Assembly (NCBI RefSeq): GCF_006345805.1
Contig: NC_042999.1
Coordinates: forward strand, 104,036,001-104,100,000
Direction: 5' to 3'
Source: Octopus sinensis
Lineage: Eukaryota
Length of the DNA stretch: 64,000 nt
Made by a program: the position numbers and the translations under genes. Below the pieces are notes generated by a model. That model was not told the origin of the DNA. It was given only the letters and a program-made list of their open reading frames with translations, and searched no databases. Each line of letters begins with the position of its first letter. The first letter of the stretch is position 1. This document shows positions 39,418 to 53,654 of this stretch, one piece after another.

Positions 39418-40709
39418 CGAGGGACGTTCAATAAGTAATGCCTCTGACCCACTTCCAGGTGTTTGATCTAGTTGAAATTTTGCATGTGCAATTACTTATA
39501 TCTCTATAGATTAGGTGGCAAATTACAGCTCTGAACTAATTATGGTTTCTGATTTACAGGTGTTTGAACTGAGTCAAGTGTGAAATGGAGCCTGTTGAGT
39601 GTCGAGCAGTGATCCGGTTTTTGTATTTGAAAGGACGCACACCATGGGAGACTTTTGATGAAATGAAAGTAACTTATGGTGATGATGCCCCATCATATGA
39701 CCTTGTAAAACGCTGGCATCGTGAATTCAAACATGGTCGGAACTCTGTGGAAACAGCTCCCAGATCTGGTCGACCCCCTTCTGCCATTGATGAGGCATCT
39801 GTCCGTCAAGTTGAGGCTGACATTTTGGAAGATCGACGCATAACTATTCGCCAAATAGCCCATGAGGTCAAGATTAGTACCGGGTCAGTGGAAACTATCA
39901 TTCATGACCATTTGCATATGCAAAAGGTGTCTGCCAGATGGATTCCCAGGTTGCTCACACCTTTCCAGAAGCAAGAACGCGTCCAGTGCTCGAGAATGAA
40001 TTTGGAGACGTACCAAGAAGATGAGTCAAAATTTTTCAAAAGACTGATTACACAGGATGAAACCTGGGTCCATCACTATGATCCATTGACCAAAGCCCAG
40101 TCAATGCAGTGGAAGTACCGTGACTCACCTCCTCCAAAGAAGGCAAGGGTGCAGCCCTCTGCTGGCAAGGTCATGCTCACAGTCTTCTGGGACCAGGACG
40201 GAGTAGTGATGACAGATTTCCTGGCAAAGGGTACCATAATTACAGGAGCCTATTATGCTTCACTTTTGAGGAAATTAAGAGAAGCTATCAAAATCAAGAG
40301 GCGGGGCAAGATCAGCAAAGGCATCCTCCTCCTGCAGGACAACGCTCTGGTCCACAACTCGCGTGTCGCCAGATCAGAAGCACAGGCGTGCGGCTATGAA
40401 CTCCTCCCCCACCCCCCTACTCTCCTGACCTTGCACCCTCTGATTTTCACCTCTTCCCAGCCATGAAGTTGTTTTTGAAAGGAAAGCATTTCCCAGATGA
40501 TGCAGCCTTGATTTCTAAAGTCACGTCGTGGATGGAGGACCAAGCTGGGGTCTTTTACAAAAACGGTCTCCAGAGCTGGATCAAATGATGGGAGAAATGC
40601 GTAACTCTGAGTGGTTCCTATGTAGAAAAAGACCAATAACTGTGCCAAGTTCCGTTGCTCTACTGGTATGGGAAGTGGGTCAGGGGCATTACTTATTGAA
40701 CGCCCCTCA
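39418..40709 (+). mobile_element. Near full-length mariner (DD34D) transposon, inactivated
   Basis: TIRs cgagggacgttcaataagtaatgcc / ggcattacttattgaacgcccctca with flanking TA. Transposase starts at 39585 with WIPRLL, QDETW, QDNA and YSPDLAPSD, 34 residues between the 2nd and 3rd D. There is a 1-nt frameshift at about 40412-40417 and an in-frame TGA at about 40586. Confidence 0.95.
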
Positions 40710-40919
40710 TACACACCCACTCACACACAGACACATGCACATTCAGGCCCAAGCATGACTGTTTGATTTAGAAGTTTGACTAGGTACCCATGACTTTGGG
40801 TTCTGTCTTACTGTATGCCACTTGCCCAAAGTGTCACACAGTGTGGCTTGTGAGTGGATGTAGTAGACAAAAACTGAAAGAAGCCCTGACTGTAGTCCAA
40901 TGACTGAAACAAATAAATG

Positions 40920-40963
<44 letters not shown>

Positions 40964-41150
40964 AAGTTATAAAGTGGTGCACAAGCACTCAGCAGAAACA
41001 GCTGTAAGCTAATGAAGATGATTATATCTGTTCCCTTGTCATTTATCTAATTTCATATTACATTTAGCATTTGCCTAATGCTTCATTCTGAAGTATAGAC
41101 ATATTGAATTCAAACACTAGATTATTAGTTTTACTATGCCTATGCAAAAT

Positions 41151-41211
<61 letters not shown>

Positions 41212-41469
41212 GAATTTACAAAAAAAAACAAAAGATGAAGATGGGTGTGTAAACAACGAACAGATGTATTAGTTTAATGCTTGGGAAGTGAGAAAGTCTT
41301 TTATGTTTTGAGCCTACGTTCTTCGACAGAAAGGAACACAGAAATAAACAGGGAGAGAAAATAGAAAAGGTTTAGTGGTTAGTGATCTATCATGTATGTA
41401 TAAGCATGCATACATGCATGCATGCATGCATGCCTACATACATAGATACATACATACACACATAAAATA

Positions 41470-42890
41470 CTGTTAAAGAACAAGAAAAGTCAGTCCTCCA
41501 AACCCAAAACCTGTGCATCAATAGTCTCTCTATCTCCCCCATTCCACACAAAGAATGTTACATGTACCTAGGCATAGACCAAAATGTATCATACGAAGGC
41601 ACTGTGAATAATGATAGAGTAACCCAAGAATGTTTCACCAGACTTAGGAAAATATGGCAGTAGGAACTCTCCTCTTATGACAAAACAATATCCCACAATG
41701 CATTTGCAGTAGCAGTGCTGAGCCCAACATTCGGGATACTTGATTGGTCTGTAGAGGAACTCCACTCCATAAATATCAAAATCTACAAAATCCTGACAAC
41801 AACTAGAAACTTCTACAGAAACAGTTATGTTGACAGGCTCTACCTAAGAAGAAATGAAGGTGGTAGTGGCCTGAGATCAGTGTAGACAGCCTTCGAATGC
41901 CATATGGTATCATTCAGGTAGCACCTGCTAAACAACAGCAGCAAAAGTAAATATATAAATGCAGTGCTGAAAAGTGAAATGAGCTACATTGTACGAGTTG
42001 GCAGCGAGCTCCTCAAGAAGCACTCTCTTCCTGGCGATCTCCTATACAGCCCCAAAACAGCTGGGCTTTCTTACCTCAGGGAAGACCTGGATGGAAAGCA
42101 CTCAACATACAAAAGAATAAAAAAAATAAAAAAAATATGCATGGGTATGTTGCCCAGAAGCTTGAAAAAGACAGTAGAATTGACATGAAGTGCAGCCTCT
42201 CTAGGTTACAAGACCACTACATCACATCACACTTTGAGGGCTATGCATTTGCAATCCAGGAACAAGAGATTGCCACAAAGTACCTAGTGAACAAGAGAGA
42301 CAGTGATTCTCTTGTAATCCCTAGGTGCAACCACATGTGTAGGCTATGTCATGTTTCTGTGGAAGACATCATGCATGTGATGAGCAGCTGTCCTAAAATG
42401 TCGTCATGGTACTACCTCCCTATGCAGCACGATGTTGTTGCCAAAACAATTTATAATGCCATCTGCAAAGAAGACTGTCCTGAAATAAACTTAGAAAATC
42501 CCTCTGTTAAGGAATACATTCATAAACACCAACTCAAGGCATACTGTTGGAATATTCCCATCAAAACTTCTGTCAAGTGTAAACATAACAGGCCTATGTA
42601 CCATCATAGAGGTCAGCTGCTCTTCAGATATAAATATCTCTTTGAAAATCAAAGAGAGAGGGCATCTATGGATAACTGCTTTGAAACCTCCAGCTTCTAT
42701 ATCCAGACTATGAATTCATATTCATACCAATAATAACTAGAGCAGTAGGTTTCGTTAGAAAATGCTTAAAGGAGAATCTGGATAAACTGGGATATTCAGA
42801 AAAAGAAACTGAGCAGCTAATTTGTACATTACAAGTGCAATCTGTGAGTGGAACAGTAAAAATATACAAGACTTTTCTCAAGTTCCAAAT
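41470..42890 (+). mobile_element. Second, more decayed R4/Dong-type (REL endonuclease) retrotransposon fragment
   Basis: YMYLG, VDRLYLRRNEGG, FAIQEQEI, CRLC...EDIMHVMSSC, QHDVVAK and KHNRP (ORF 42137..42733). Confidence 0.8.
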
Positions 42891-43354
42891 ATGAATTTGT
42901 CTGTGTTAACTACATCCCAAAGATGGAGCCTTGTATCTTTGTTGGAAACTGGCTCCCTCCTCAGGGAAAGACTTACAATGATTAAAAAATAGAAGGGACA
43001 TAAAACATCAAATGACTTTTGAAACCATACAAACCTTTTCTTTATTAACATTTGACATCACATGATAATTGTAAATGAGGGTCACTGTTATACAAATGGT
43101 GCTATTCATTTCCAGTCTTCTGAAAAACATGTCTTGTCTTAGGGAAATATTATCTTGCCTGGAAACAAGTGAGAGTTGGTAACAGGAAGGGCACCCAGTC
43201 ATAGAAAACCTGTCTCAATGAATTCCATCTGAACCATGCAATCATGGAGAAGTAGACATTAAGATCGAACTTGCAAGACCAGGTTCCAGTTGTCTATTTT
43301 GGCATGCTTTCTACAGCTGGATGCTCTTCCCAAACCAACCACTTTGCAGCGTGT

Positions 43355-43725
43355 ACTGGGTGCTTTTTATATGACACTAGCATCTGTGCTTTTTATGTGT
43401 TACTATCACGCATGGCACAATCACCAATGCTTTTTACATGGCATCATCACTAGTGTTTTTTATGTGGCATCACCACCAGTGCTTTTTATGTGGAACCAGT
43501 ACCAGTGCTTTTTATGTGCCACTGTCACCAGTCCTTTTTTGCATGGTCCTAGCGAGCACCAGTGCTTTTTATGTGGAATGGAACCCTCACCAATGCTTTT
43601 TATGTGGTACTAACACCAGTATTTTTATGTGCCCCCCCCCATCACTAGTTCTTTTTTGTGTGTAACCATCATAAATGCTTTTATGCGGTACCATCATCAG
43701 TGTTTTTTTATGTGGCACCAGTGCC
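43355..43725. repeat. Minisatellite, ~22-27-bp degenerate unit (caccagtgctttttatgtgg)
   Basis: More than 10 imperfect tandem copies, directly following an RTE-tail repeat. Confidence 0.85.
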
Positions 43726-44408
43726 GACAGGGTCACCAAGTACTTTGCATGACAATGTGTATGTGTGTCTTTGTGTTTGTGTTTCTCACTCCCTACCACT
43801 TCACAATGGTGTTAGTTTGTTTGTCCCTGTAACTTAGTATTTCAACAAAAAGAACCAGATAAATACCCAAGCTTAAAAATAAGTATGGGAGTTGCTTTGT
43901 TCAATAAAACCCTTCAAGGTGGTGTCCCAGAATGGTTGCACTCTATTGAGGGGAAACATGTAAAAGAAATAAAGGAATACATAAGTAGACAGGGTATGAT
44001 CTGAGCGGTACCTTGCCTTCTTTTTCTAGCAAATCAAGCAATGGAAGTGAAGCCTCACCTCCCTCTACCTACATGGCTTGACATGATTGTAGTTCTTGAG
44101 TTGTTGTAAACATTACCTGATTCTATAAGGATATGACCGAAATAAACTCTCCAACAATGTGCAAATAATAATTATGAGATGTGTGTGTGTAGCTCAAATC
44201 AAACTTCTCTGATGGTTGGCTGCCATCAAACGTCAAGTAATTTGAGGAAAAAAAAACAACAAAAAAACGTAGCCTCCAGGATGGTTAATTTGTATCACTA
44301 ACACTTCCAGTAGAACTAATCCTCTTTCATGCATGAGCTGATATAATTGTCTCAGATTGCAATGGTTGTTGGATATTGAAATCAATAACGAAAAGGTAAC
44401 AACAACAT

Positions 44409-44440
<32 letters not shown>

Positions 44441-45894
44441 ATAACAACAACAATAACAAATGACAATGATGATGTTGACAACACATAAAACGACTGCAAC
44501 TGAAACTGACAGAAATACCACCACCACCACCACCCATCATCATCATCATCACATTCAACAACAGCAACAACAACAATAGCAAAAGGTATTGTTTCAGTAA
44601 GATTAATACTACATATGCTATTGCACCAATATAATAAAAACATACCAGTGCTTTCAACTACCATTACAGACCAATGTGGGAGTCTTTATGCAGTTGTTAG
44701 TCAACCTGCTAGAAATAGCAGCCTATTATAATACCTCAAAGTACATTGTTTTGTCTTACAAAAGGAATGAATATATTAGGTAATGTGATCCTACAGACTC
44801 ATAAAAGAAAACAAAATGACCGTGGGCGGAAGGTTCTTATTAGACCTGACCTCAGGCAAAACAACCACCACATAAGATGGGATGGTCATTACTAGAATAA
44901 CTTTGATCTTTGTTTTGCTTAACCAGGGCTGGCTTGAGGCTACTAAACAACCACAATTAAAGATGAGATTATCATAGCTCAAACGTGAGTGCTTTGCGTA
45001 TATATCTCTTTGATCAGGACTGACCTGAGGCTAATCAACAACAATAACAACAACAACAACAGCAACAGCAGCAGTAGCAGCAGCAGCAGCCACAGCAGAA
45101 GCAGCAGCTGTTTAAGAATTTGGACCTGGAGATCCCCATTTCCAGTGACTTCGAGGGCCACCTCCCAGTGGTGTTGGGCATTAACAAAGAGCCCTCGACT
45201 ACAAGACGACCAAAGATTTTTTTTCATTTTTCCAAGGTCTGGGGTCTCCTGCCCCTAAGCCCTAGACCATCACCTAATCACCCTTACCCATCTTGTTGCT
45301 TAACAAAAACAGTAGCAGTAGCAGTAACAACAACAACAACAGCAACAACAAGAACACTACCACTACAACCACTGCATGGCACTTTTGGCAAGTGCTTTCT
45401 ACTATAGCCCTGGTCTGATCAAATACTTGTAAGTATGTGTAGCAGACAGAAACTGAAAGAATCCTGTTATATCGTCATTATTTAATGTCCATTTTCCAAG
45501 CTGGCATGGGTTGGATGGTTTGACAGGAACTGACAAAGGCAGGAGCCTCACCAGGTTCCACACTAGGTTCCATTGTCTGTTTTGGTATGGTTTCTAGAGC
45601 TGGATATCCTTCCAAACCCCAACCACTTTACAGAATGTAATGAGTATTTTGTATGTGGGACCAGTACCAAGGTCATCAAGTATTACTACCACTACAACCA
45701 ATCCCATTGCTCCCTAATTTTAGACTTTAAATACTCCGAGTTTTTGTTCACAAACTTTAGGGATAATATCTTTTGGTCAATGTTTTTCATCTCACTATAT
45801 TGGGAAACTCTCCCCTACCCTATTTTTATTTGCATGTGGAACTCTTCCAGTGTTACTTTCTGATTAACCCTTTGTTACTGTATTTCTTATTTCT

Positions 45895-46270
45895 TTATTG
45901 CTCACAAGGGGCTAAACACAGAGGGGACAAACAAGGACAGACAAAGGGATTAAGTCGATTACATTGATCGCAGTGCATAACTGGTACTTAATTTATCGAC
46001 CCCGAAAGGATGAACGGTAAAGTTGACCTCGGCAGAATTTGAACTCAGAAAGTAACAGCAGACAAAATACCTATTTCTTTACTACCCACAACGGGCTAAA
46101 CACAGAGAGGACAAACAAGGACAGACAAACGGATTAAGTCAATTACATCTTGAAAGGATGAAAGGCAAAGTCGACCTTGGCAGAATTTGAACTCAGAACG
46201 TAACGGCAGACGAAATACGGCTACGCATTTCGCCCGGCATGCTAACGTTTCTGCCAGCTCACTGCCTTAA
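45895..46270 (-). mobile_element. SINE family B composite with internal duplication
   Basis: Two repeats of cacaa.gggctaaacacagag.ggacaaacaaggacagacaaa.ggattaagtc, each followed by the family core. Confidence 0.85.
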
Positions 46271-46304
46271 CTTGTTACTGTATTTCTGTTGATATATACT
46301 GTCT

Positions 46305-46700
46305 TTAACTTTTATCTTTTCCTTGTTTCAAGTATTGGACTGTGGCCATGCTAGGGCACCACCTTGAAGAATCTTTAGTTGAATGAATCAACTCTTTACA
46401 GTGTTTTGTTTTTACTTATCCTATCAATCTCTTTTACTGAACTGCTATGTTATGGGGATGTAAACAGACCAACATTGGTTGTCAAGTGGTGGAGGCAGGT
46501 GCAAGTACAGACTCAATGACACACAGATATATATATATATATAGCAAGCTTCTTTCAGGTTCCGTCTACCAAATCCACTGACAAGGCTTTGGTCAGATTA
46601 AGGCTATAGTAGAAGACACTTGTCCAAAGTGCTATGCAGTGGGACTGGACCTGGAATCATGTGATTAGGAAGCAAGCTTCTTGCCACACAGCCACGCCGG
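46305..46700 (-). mobile_element. SINE family A, full length
   Basis: Same head, core and tail as the other copies. Confidence 0.85.
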
Positions 46701-47249
46701 CATCTGCTTCACTTAATTTTGAAAATAATGAAGAATTTTGTAAAATAATTTCGTCATTATCAGTCTGGTGCTTGGAACATAAATTAACAAGAAATTTTGA
46801 TGGGATTTGGTTTCATATTACCAAGAGCTGTTTCAGGCAGTTTATTATCAAAAGGGTTAATGAAACTAATTTGGTTGTTAGTTTCAGCAGGTCAACCAAT
46901 TACAAAAAAGCACCTATATTGGTTATTTCCAATGTCCTAATTCCTCCACATTTAATCTCAAGTGCAGAAATTTGCTTTTTAACAAACACTACATAAATTT
47001 TTATTACATATATATATGAATTAGTAAGCTTGTATAATTAAATCGTCAATGAATCTCATTTCCCAGTATACTCAATCTTTTTTATGAATGGTTCTATATA
47101 CTAAGTTGGTTACGGGTTTAGTAGGCAATAGGGAAAAATATATTCCGGTGATAATAACGAAAAAATAAAATCTCAGAAATGTGCAGAGTAGTCTCCCTTG
47201 CTTTGTTCAGCCAGCTAATTTTAGCGCACTGCTAATATTTTTCTCTCTA

Positions 47250-47890
47250 ATTAGGCCTAATGTAGTTATGGCAAGACCCCCCCCCCCAAAAAAAAATCCA
47301 CCCTTAAAACAAATTTTTTTTTCGACACCCTCCCCCATTTTCGGCTACGGGGAATACGAATCTGCAAACAAAATTGACAAAAATTGACATTTCTAAATTA
47401 TCACCCATCCCCATTTCCTTCATTTAAAACTTTTTTCACAATTTTTCTTTTCAAAATATGCGGAAAAATACGGAGATTATGATTCTGTAAAAAATTTTCA
47501 AAAATCTTAGTAAAATTTTTTTTAAAGATTTTTTTTTCTAAATATGCAGAAAAATACAGACATCATTATTCGGACAAAAATTTCAAAACATTTCTGTAAT
47601 TACAATTATGATTTTAGGGTTGAGGTTATGTTTAGGGTTAGGGTTAGAGTTTTAGGGTTAGGGTTAGCGTTTTAGGGTTAGTGTTGTGGAAAAAATCAAA
47701 ATTGAAGAAGTTGATGGGGAAAGGTGGGTAAAAAATTTCACAATGCTGATTTTTGGCAATTTTCCGGGACTGCCATATCCGAAAACGGGGATTTTTGGCA
47801 AAAAAAAAAAAAAAAAAACTAATTTGGGAGAAAATGGGGCGTGGGTGGGTGGAAGTTTTTTCGTGGTTATTTCTGATGCTAAAAGCCCAC
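47250..47890. mobile_element. Unclassified CpG-retaining non-autonomous element with an internal TTAGGG-like array (47614-47681)
   Basis: Loosely inverted subterminal motifs (ccccattttcgg / ccgaaaacgggg), an internal duplication aaatatgc.gaaaaatac.ga, and a degenerate ttaggg array. Ends are approximate. Confidence 0.45.
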
Positions 47891-48689
47891 CTTTTTATAC
47901 CGCTACAACAATCAGGGATGAATAAGGGCTCAACATTCTCAGTAATGTATGAGAAAATTAACTTCAATCTGCTCTATTTGTCCTAGTTAAAAAGAGAATA
48001 GTCTACAACAACAACAACCTGTGCTTACACTAACAATGATGGTTGTCACACATATTTCTTGCTGAACACTCTGCATACATGATTTATTTATGGTGATTAA
48101 GTGTATGTGGTGTACATTAGCTCACTTCCTCCATCATATTGATGTTGCCTGAACATGTGCCCAATGTACTACAAGAAAGAAGGTTCTGCAATTCTGCTGA
48201 AGAATCTGCACACAAAATTTGTTTATAGTGATTGAATGTATGTGCTGTACGTTAACTCTCTCCTTTCTTGAAATCGATGTTGCCTGAAAAGGTGCATGCT
48301 GTACAACAAACATATCAGGAGATGCAATGACTGTATTGTTTAACTTTCACTATTCCATGCTTGCATGAATCAGACAGACAGCTCTTGCTATTGCCATCCC
48401 TCACCTCTTTCCAAGCAAGGTAATATATCACCATAGTCAGAGATGTTTTACATGAAAGACAGGAAATCAACAACATCACTTGTATGATGATGGTACTCAT
48501 TTACAGCCATCACATGATATCAACACTCATACACAAACACACGCACTTGCATGCACACATACACATGCACACACATATACGCACAGACACACACACACAC
48601 TCACATGCACACACAAATATACACACACTTGCACATATACACACACACAAACACTCATATGCACACCTACTTCTAAAACGCGGTGGGTA

Positions 48690-50255
48690 CTTTCTTCTAA
48701 GTCAACTTTCTCTATTCTTCCAATTCTGTCTTGACAATGGTGTTACTCCAGAACAGTGGAAAACTGCCAGTGTTATCCCTCTGTTCAAAAAAGGTGACCG
48801 CACATCGCCTGTCAACTATCGCCCCGTTAGTCTTACTAGCTGCATCACCAAACTGATGGAATCCTGTATCAGAGAAACCCTCTGGAACTTCTGAAAGTCT
48901 CACAGCCTCATCCAGCCGTCACAATTTGGATTTATTCCTAACTCCAGCTGCTGTAATCAACTCATAGAGTTTCTTGAGGACGTTACCCAAATCACTGATT
49001 GCGGATCCTGGGTGGATGTTGTTTACCTGGACTTTGCTAAGGCTTTTAACTCTGTGCCACACAAAAGACTTATGGTGAAGCTCTCTGCGTTGGGCATAAG
49101 AGACAAACTCTATAACTGGTTGAAGTCCTTTATCTTCGGCCAAAAAGAGGTTGTCACAGTTCTAGGACAGCACTCTTCACCCTATGAGATGGCATCTGGT
49201 GTACCACAGGGATCTGTTCTTGGCCCCCTTTTATTTGTTGCATATGTTAGTGACATAGATGCCAACTTAAAGAATGCCACAATGCTGAAATATGCAGATG
49301 ACATCAAGCTGTACCTCGAAATAAAGAGGTCAGATCCTGTACACTATAGATCTCTATTGCAAGCAGACCTGGACACAATGCAGCAGTGGATCATGGACTG
49401 GCAACTCAAGCTGGCTGTGGACAGATGTACCACCATGCATTTTGGGAGGAGAAACCCAGTGTCCACCTACTCCCTCCACAACACTAATCTCAAAAAGTCT
49501 TCATGTGAACATGACCTGAGTGTTATTGTCGACAGTGATTTGTGTTGGACAAGACACATCGCTAAAATTGTCAAGAAGGCTGAGGGTGTCTTGGCATCAC
49601 TCACAAAATCCTTTGTGAGTCGCTCTCTGGCTATCTATCTGCGGCTTTATATAGCTATGGTAAGACCTCACCTGGAATTTGCATCACCGGTCTGGAACCC
49701 CTATCTTGCCCAGGATATCAATCATCTGGAAGCTGTTCAGCGACGTGCAACCAAAAGAATACCCTCCATCAGGCATTTGCCATATTCTGAACGCCTTACT
49801 TCCCTGGGCATGGACACATTGAAACTCCGACGTCTGGCAGCTGACTTGGCAGACACCCATAAAATTATCAACCATCTTACAAACAATAACTCTGAGCACC
49901 TTTTCAAACTCCACCCGTCAAACACCCGTGGACATATTTACAAAGTCAGAAAACAGCACAGCTCCCATGACTTTGGGAAACATTTTTTCACGCTGAGAGT
50001 TGCTGAAGCATGGAACAAACTGCCGGCATCAGTTGTTAGTTGTCGGAGCACTGCATCCTTCAAAACTTCCATGCTTTCTGAGATTCGCCATCACTACACC
50101 TGATTTTCTCCCCTCCATTCACACACAAGCATGTATCTGACTCATACATTGTTCTCTTTCCAGACATTTGTACATTACTGCATATACTCTATATGCACTT
50201 TCTGACAAGTTGTGGTGCACCTGAGTACTGTATACAATAATTTCATTATTATATT
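48690..50255 (+). mobile_element. 5'-truncated CR1-clade LINE with a nearly intact RT and 3' UTR
   Basis: NYRPVSLTS, YLDFAKAFNSV, SGVPQGSVLGPLLF, KYADDIKL, LEAVQRRATK and WNKLP. A single in-frame TGA at 48892-48894 separates the two ORFs. Ends in an att-rich tail. Confidence 0.92.
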
Positions 50256-50334
50256 AAGGTTGCCATGCAACTTACAAGACAATGAACCCCAAGGAAAGCG
50301 GTGGGGGGGAGTCAGCTTTATGCTGGGAGAGGGT

Positions 50335-50666
50335 AAAGACCCCCTTCAGTCATGAATAATCATGGGATTGCACCTAGAAAGTTCCTCTCCGAGGCACAAG
50401 TCTGGGCAAGGTTGTTTATGGAAGACCAACAGTCACCCATGCACACCAGTCTCCCTTCTTCATGCCAGCGATGTTATCCAAGGCAAAAGGCAGATACAGC
50501 TTGGCACCAGTGATATCGCAACTCATTTTAACAGCTGAATGAAGTGGAGCAACATGAAATGAAGTATCATGCTCAAGAACACAACACACAGCCAGATCTG
50601 GGAATCGAACTTACTACCTCATGACTGTGAGCCCGATGCTCTAACCACTGAGCCATGTGCCTTCAC
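50335..50666 (-). mobile_element. tRNA-derived SINE, third family
   Basis: Minus-strand head ggcacatggctcagtggttagagc...gttcgattccc (A/B boxes), then tgtgttcttgagca. Relatives are at about 22800-22955(-) and 29265-29380(+). Confidence 0.75.
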
Positions 50667-50751
50667 TGGAAGATGACGATTAAAGTATTAGAGAAGTGGG
50701 GAGATGGCAGAGTAGGTTCTTGGAGAAGAGCTGCATGGTTACTCATATTTA

Positions 50752-50756
<5 letters not shown>

Positions 50757-50833
<77 letters not shown>
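50757..50833. repeat. (GA)n microsatellite
   Basis: Direct reading. Confidence 0.95.
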
Positions 50834-50837
<4 letters not shown>

Positions 50838-52309
50838 TAGGAGCTGTGAAGAGATAGATATTAGGGATGAGGTGTCCAGGTGACTCCTCAAGGCATGTGG
50901 TAAGTATAAGTGGGTGGCTTGGGTGGGGGATTGCCAGACTATGGGGAGCAGAAGATGAGGGGGATGGAAAGGCAACTGGCAACTGTAAAGAAAAGTGATG
51001 GTCGTGGTGGTAGTAATGGTAGAAGTAGTACCAGTATGAACTGTAATAATAAGGGTGATGGTAATGGTAACGTTGATAGTGAAAGTGGTGAGAACAATGA
51101 AGGAAATATCTGATGGTTATTGATGGAAGTGACAATGATGGTAATGATGATGATGATGACGACGACGACGACGATGATGAAGATGACGACGATGATGATG
51201 ATTAAATTGTTGGTGGGAAGAAATATTAAAGACAGGGAAGAGGTGAGAAATTGGAAGATCATTATATAAAAAAAAAGGATGATCGAGAGAGGAATTTTTC
51301 TTTTCATTTAATGCTTGAGTAAATCAATGAAGAAAACATTAAATAAATAAATAAATAAATAAAAGACAAACAACAACAGCAACTACAAGAACAACAATAA
51401 CAACTACAAAGAAATAAAAAAAGAAACAAATAAAATGGCGAACAACCTCTTCATATATTCTACTGATTTCTGTGATTTTAACCAACAGCTGTGATTACGG
51501 AACAATGAATGTTCCATATATGTTCAGGAAAATGATTGTTAATATATTTTAAAACAAAAGATTAAATACCAGCACTGGTTTGGTGTTTGGTTGCTGAGAT
51601 TTTTAATGAACTAATAGTAAATATGCTGAAACTAATAGAAGGGAAGGAAAAAAGAGTGTATGGAAAGAGAAAGAGAAAAAGAAAAAAACCCAGAATATAA
51701 AGAGCTAAAACATAAAAGACAACCAGATGGAGAAGCAGCTCAAATTAGAATGGATCTTTGAAACCAATCTTACATTATAATTTCTCTTCTCTTATTCATT
51801 TAAGCTATCTCTATTTTTACTTGCTAAGCTTAAATATCATCACTGTTAAATTTGTTTTCTTTTCTATTTCCTTTACATATATGCAGTTTTTAGACTTAGT
51901 TACAAATTGAAAAATAATTACTTTCAGTTATTCACTTATGAGTGATTTTAATTTTTATAATATCCTATACTAAAAGCATGATTAATGTATTTTAATCAAT
52001 TTACCATAAGTTTTTTTTGGAAGTTTGCAGAATCTATTTTTCAATCTGAAATTGAAGCACTATATTTTATCTTTTGTTTTTTTATCTTTAACTTGTTTCA
52101 GTCATTGGACTGTGGCCATGATGGGGCACTGCCTTGAAGAGTTTAGCCAAACGAATTGACACTGGTACTTGTTATAAGTCCGCTTGCTACTTAATTTACT
52201 AGCCTCTTCTGCCAATCTGTTTAAGTTACAGACATATTGTAAACAAACTAATCCCAGTTGTCAAACTGTGGAGGGAGCAAATACAACACAAGAACGAACA
52301 CACATGTGT

Positions 52310-52349
<40 letters not shown>

Positions 52350-52371
52350 ACAGACACACACAGACAGACAG

Positions 52372-52406
<35 letters not shown>

Positions 52407-53249
52407 TGCACAAAACTACTGGCAGGACATAAATATATATATATCGATCAAAAGTCAATGGAAATTGTAGTTGTGATACTTGTGCCGGTGGCACGTAAAA
52501 AGCACCCACTACACTCACGGAGTGGTTGGCGTTAGGAAGGGCATCCAGTTGTAGAAACACTGCCAGATCAGACTTGAGCCTGGTGCAGCCTCCTGGCTTC
52601 CCAGATGACGGTTGAACCATCCAACCCATGCTAGCATGGAAAACGGATGTTAAACGATGATGATGATGATATATATATATATATCCTGCCAGTAGTTTTA
52701 TATCATCATCATCATTTAACGTCTATTTTCCATGCTGGCATGGGTTGGATAGTTTGACAGGAGTTGGGCGGCTGATGAGCTGTCTGGTCTCCATGTCTGT
52801 TTTAGCATGGTCTGTATGGCTGTGGGCTTTCTCACTGTTTCCATCTATCAAATCTACTTGCAAGGCATTGGTATTCGTCGACTCAGGGCTATAGTAGAAG
52901 ACACCAGCCCCAGTGCTGAGCAGTGAAACTGATCCCAAATCTATATGGTTGCAAAGTGAGTTTGTTAATTACACAATCATACCTGCATTGGTATAAAAAA
53001 AGGAAAAACAAAAAGGCAAAACCTGTTTGCATGTCCCAAGTTTATTCAGTTCTATATTTAAGCGATGAGGAATTATGTACATTATTTACATTTGACGGAT
53101 ATTTGTTTGTTGTTAACATTTCGGCTGATATACCCTCCAGCCTTCATCAGTTGTCTTGGGGAAATTTCGAACCTGGGTTCTCATTCCTAAGGTATTTTTC
53201 GATGTTGTTATTATTATTATTATTATTATTATTCAGGTCCTGAATGAGC

Positions 53250-53600
53250 TTATTGTATTCAATACTTAGGTGCACAACAACTCATTGAAAAATGGTAAAA
53301 TAGGGGCCAGAAATCAGTATTAAGTCAAATAAAGAAAGAAAGTAATAAAAGCTAAAAGTTCATGTGTAGTACTCAGAATAAAACTCAAAGAGATCAGTAA
53401 AAGAGCTAGAAAGAAAGAAATGATGCATAGACATGTCAGGAGTAGAAATGCTAAATTTTGGGAAGCATGGAATTTTTGAAAGAAGACTTCCAATCAGATG
53501 GGAAGATGATTTAAGAAAAATGTTTGGAACAACGTGGAGGAGAATGGCTAAAGCACAAGGGAATGGAGTAAATGCTGTGGCCAAGTGTCGTCTATATGGA
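53250..53600 (+). mobile_element. RTE-like LINE C-terminal relic
   Basis: RRLPIRWEDDLRKMFGTTWRRMAK resembles the RP..RW.DD...W...A C-terminal motif of RTE ORF2. Confidence 0.5.
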
Positions 53601-53654
53601 GAATCACTGGATCACATCTGTGGACTATATATATATATATATATATATATATCT

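Noticed and set aside
43355-43725. CRISPR-like array
   Set aside because: Eukaryotic context, degenerate units, no constant-length unique spacers and no cas genes. It is a minisatellite.
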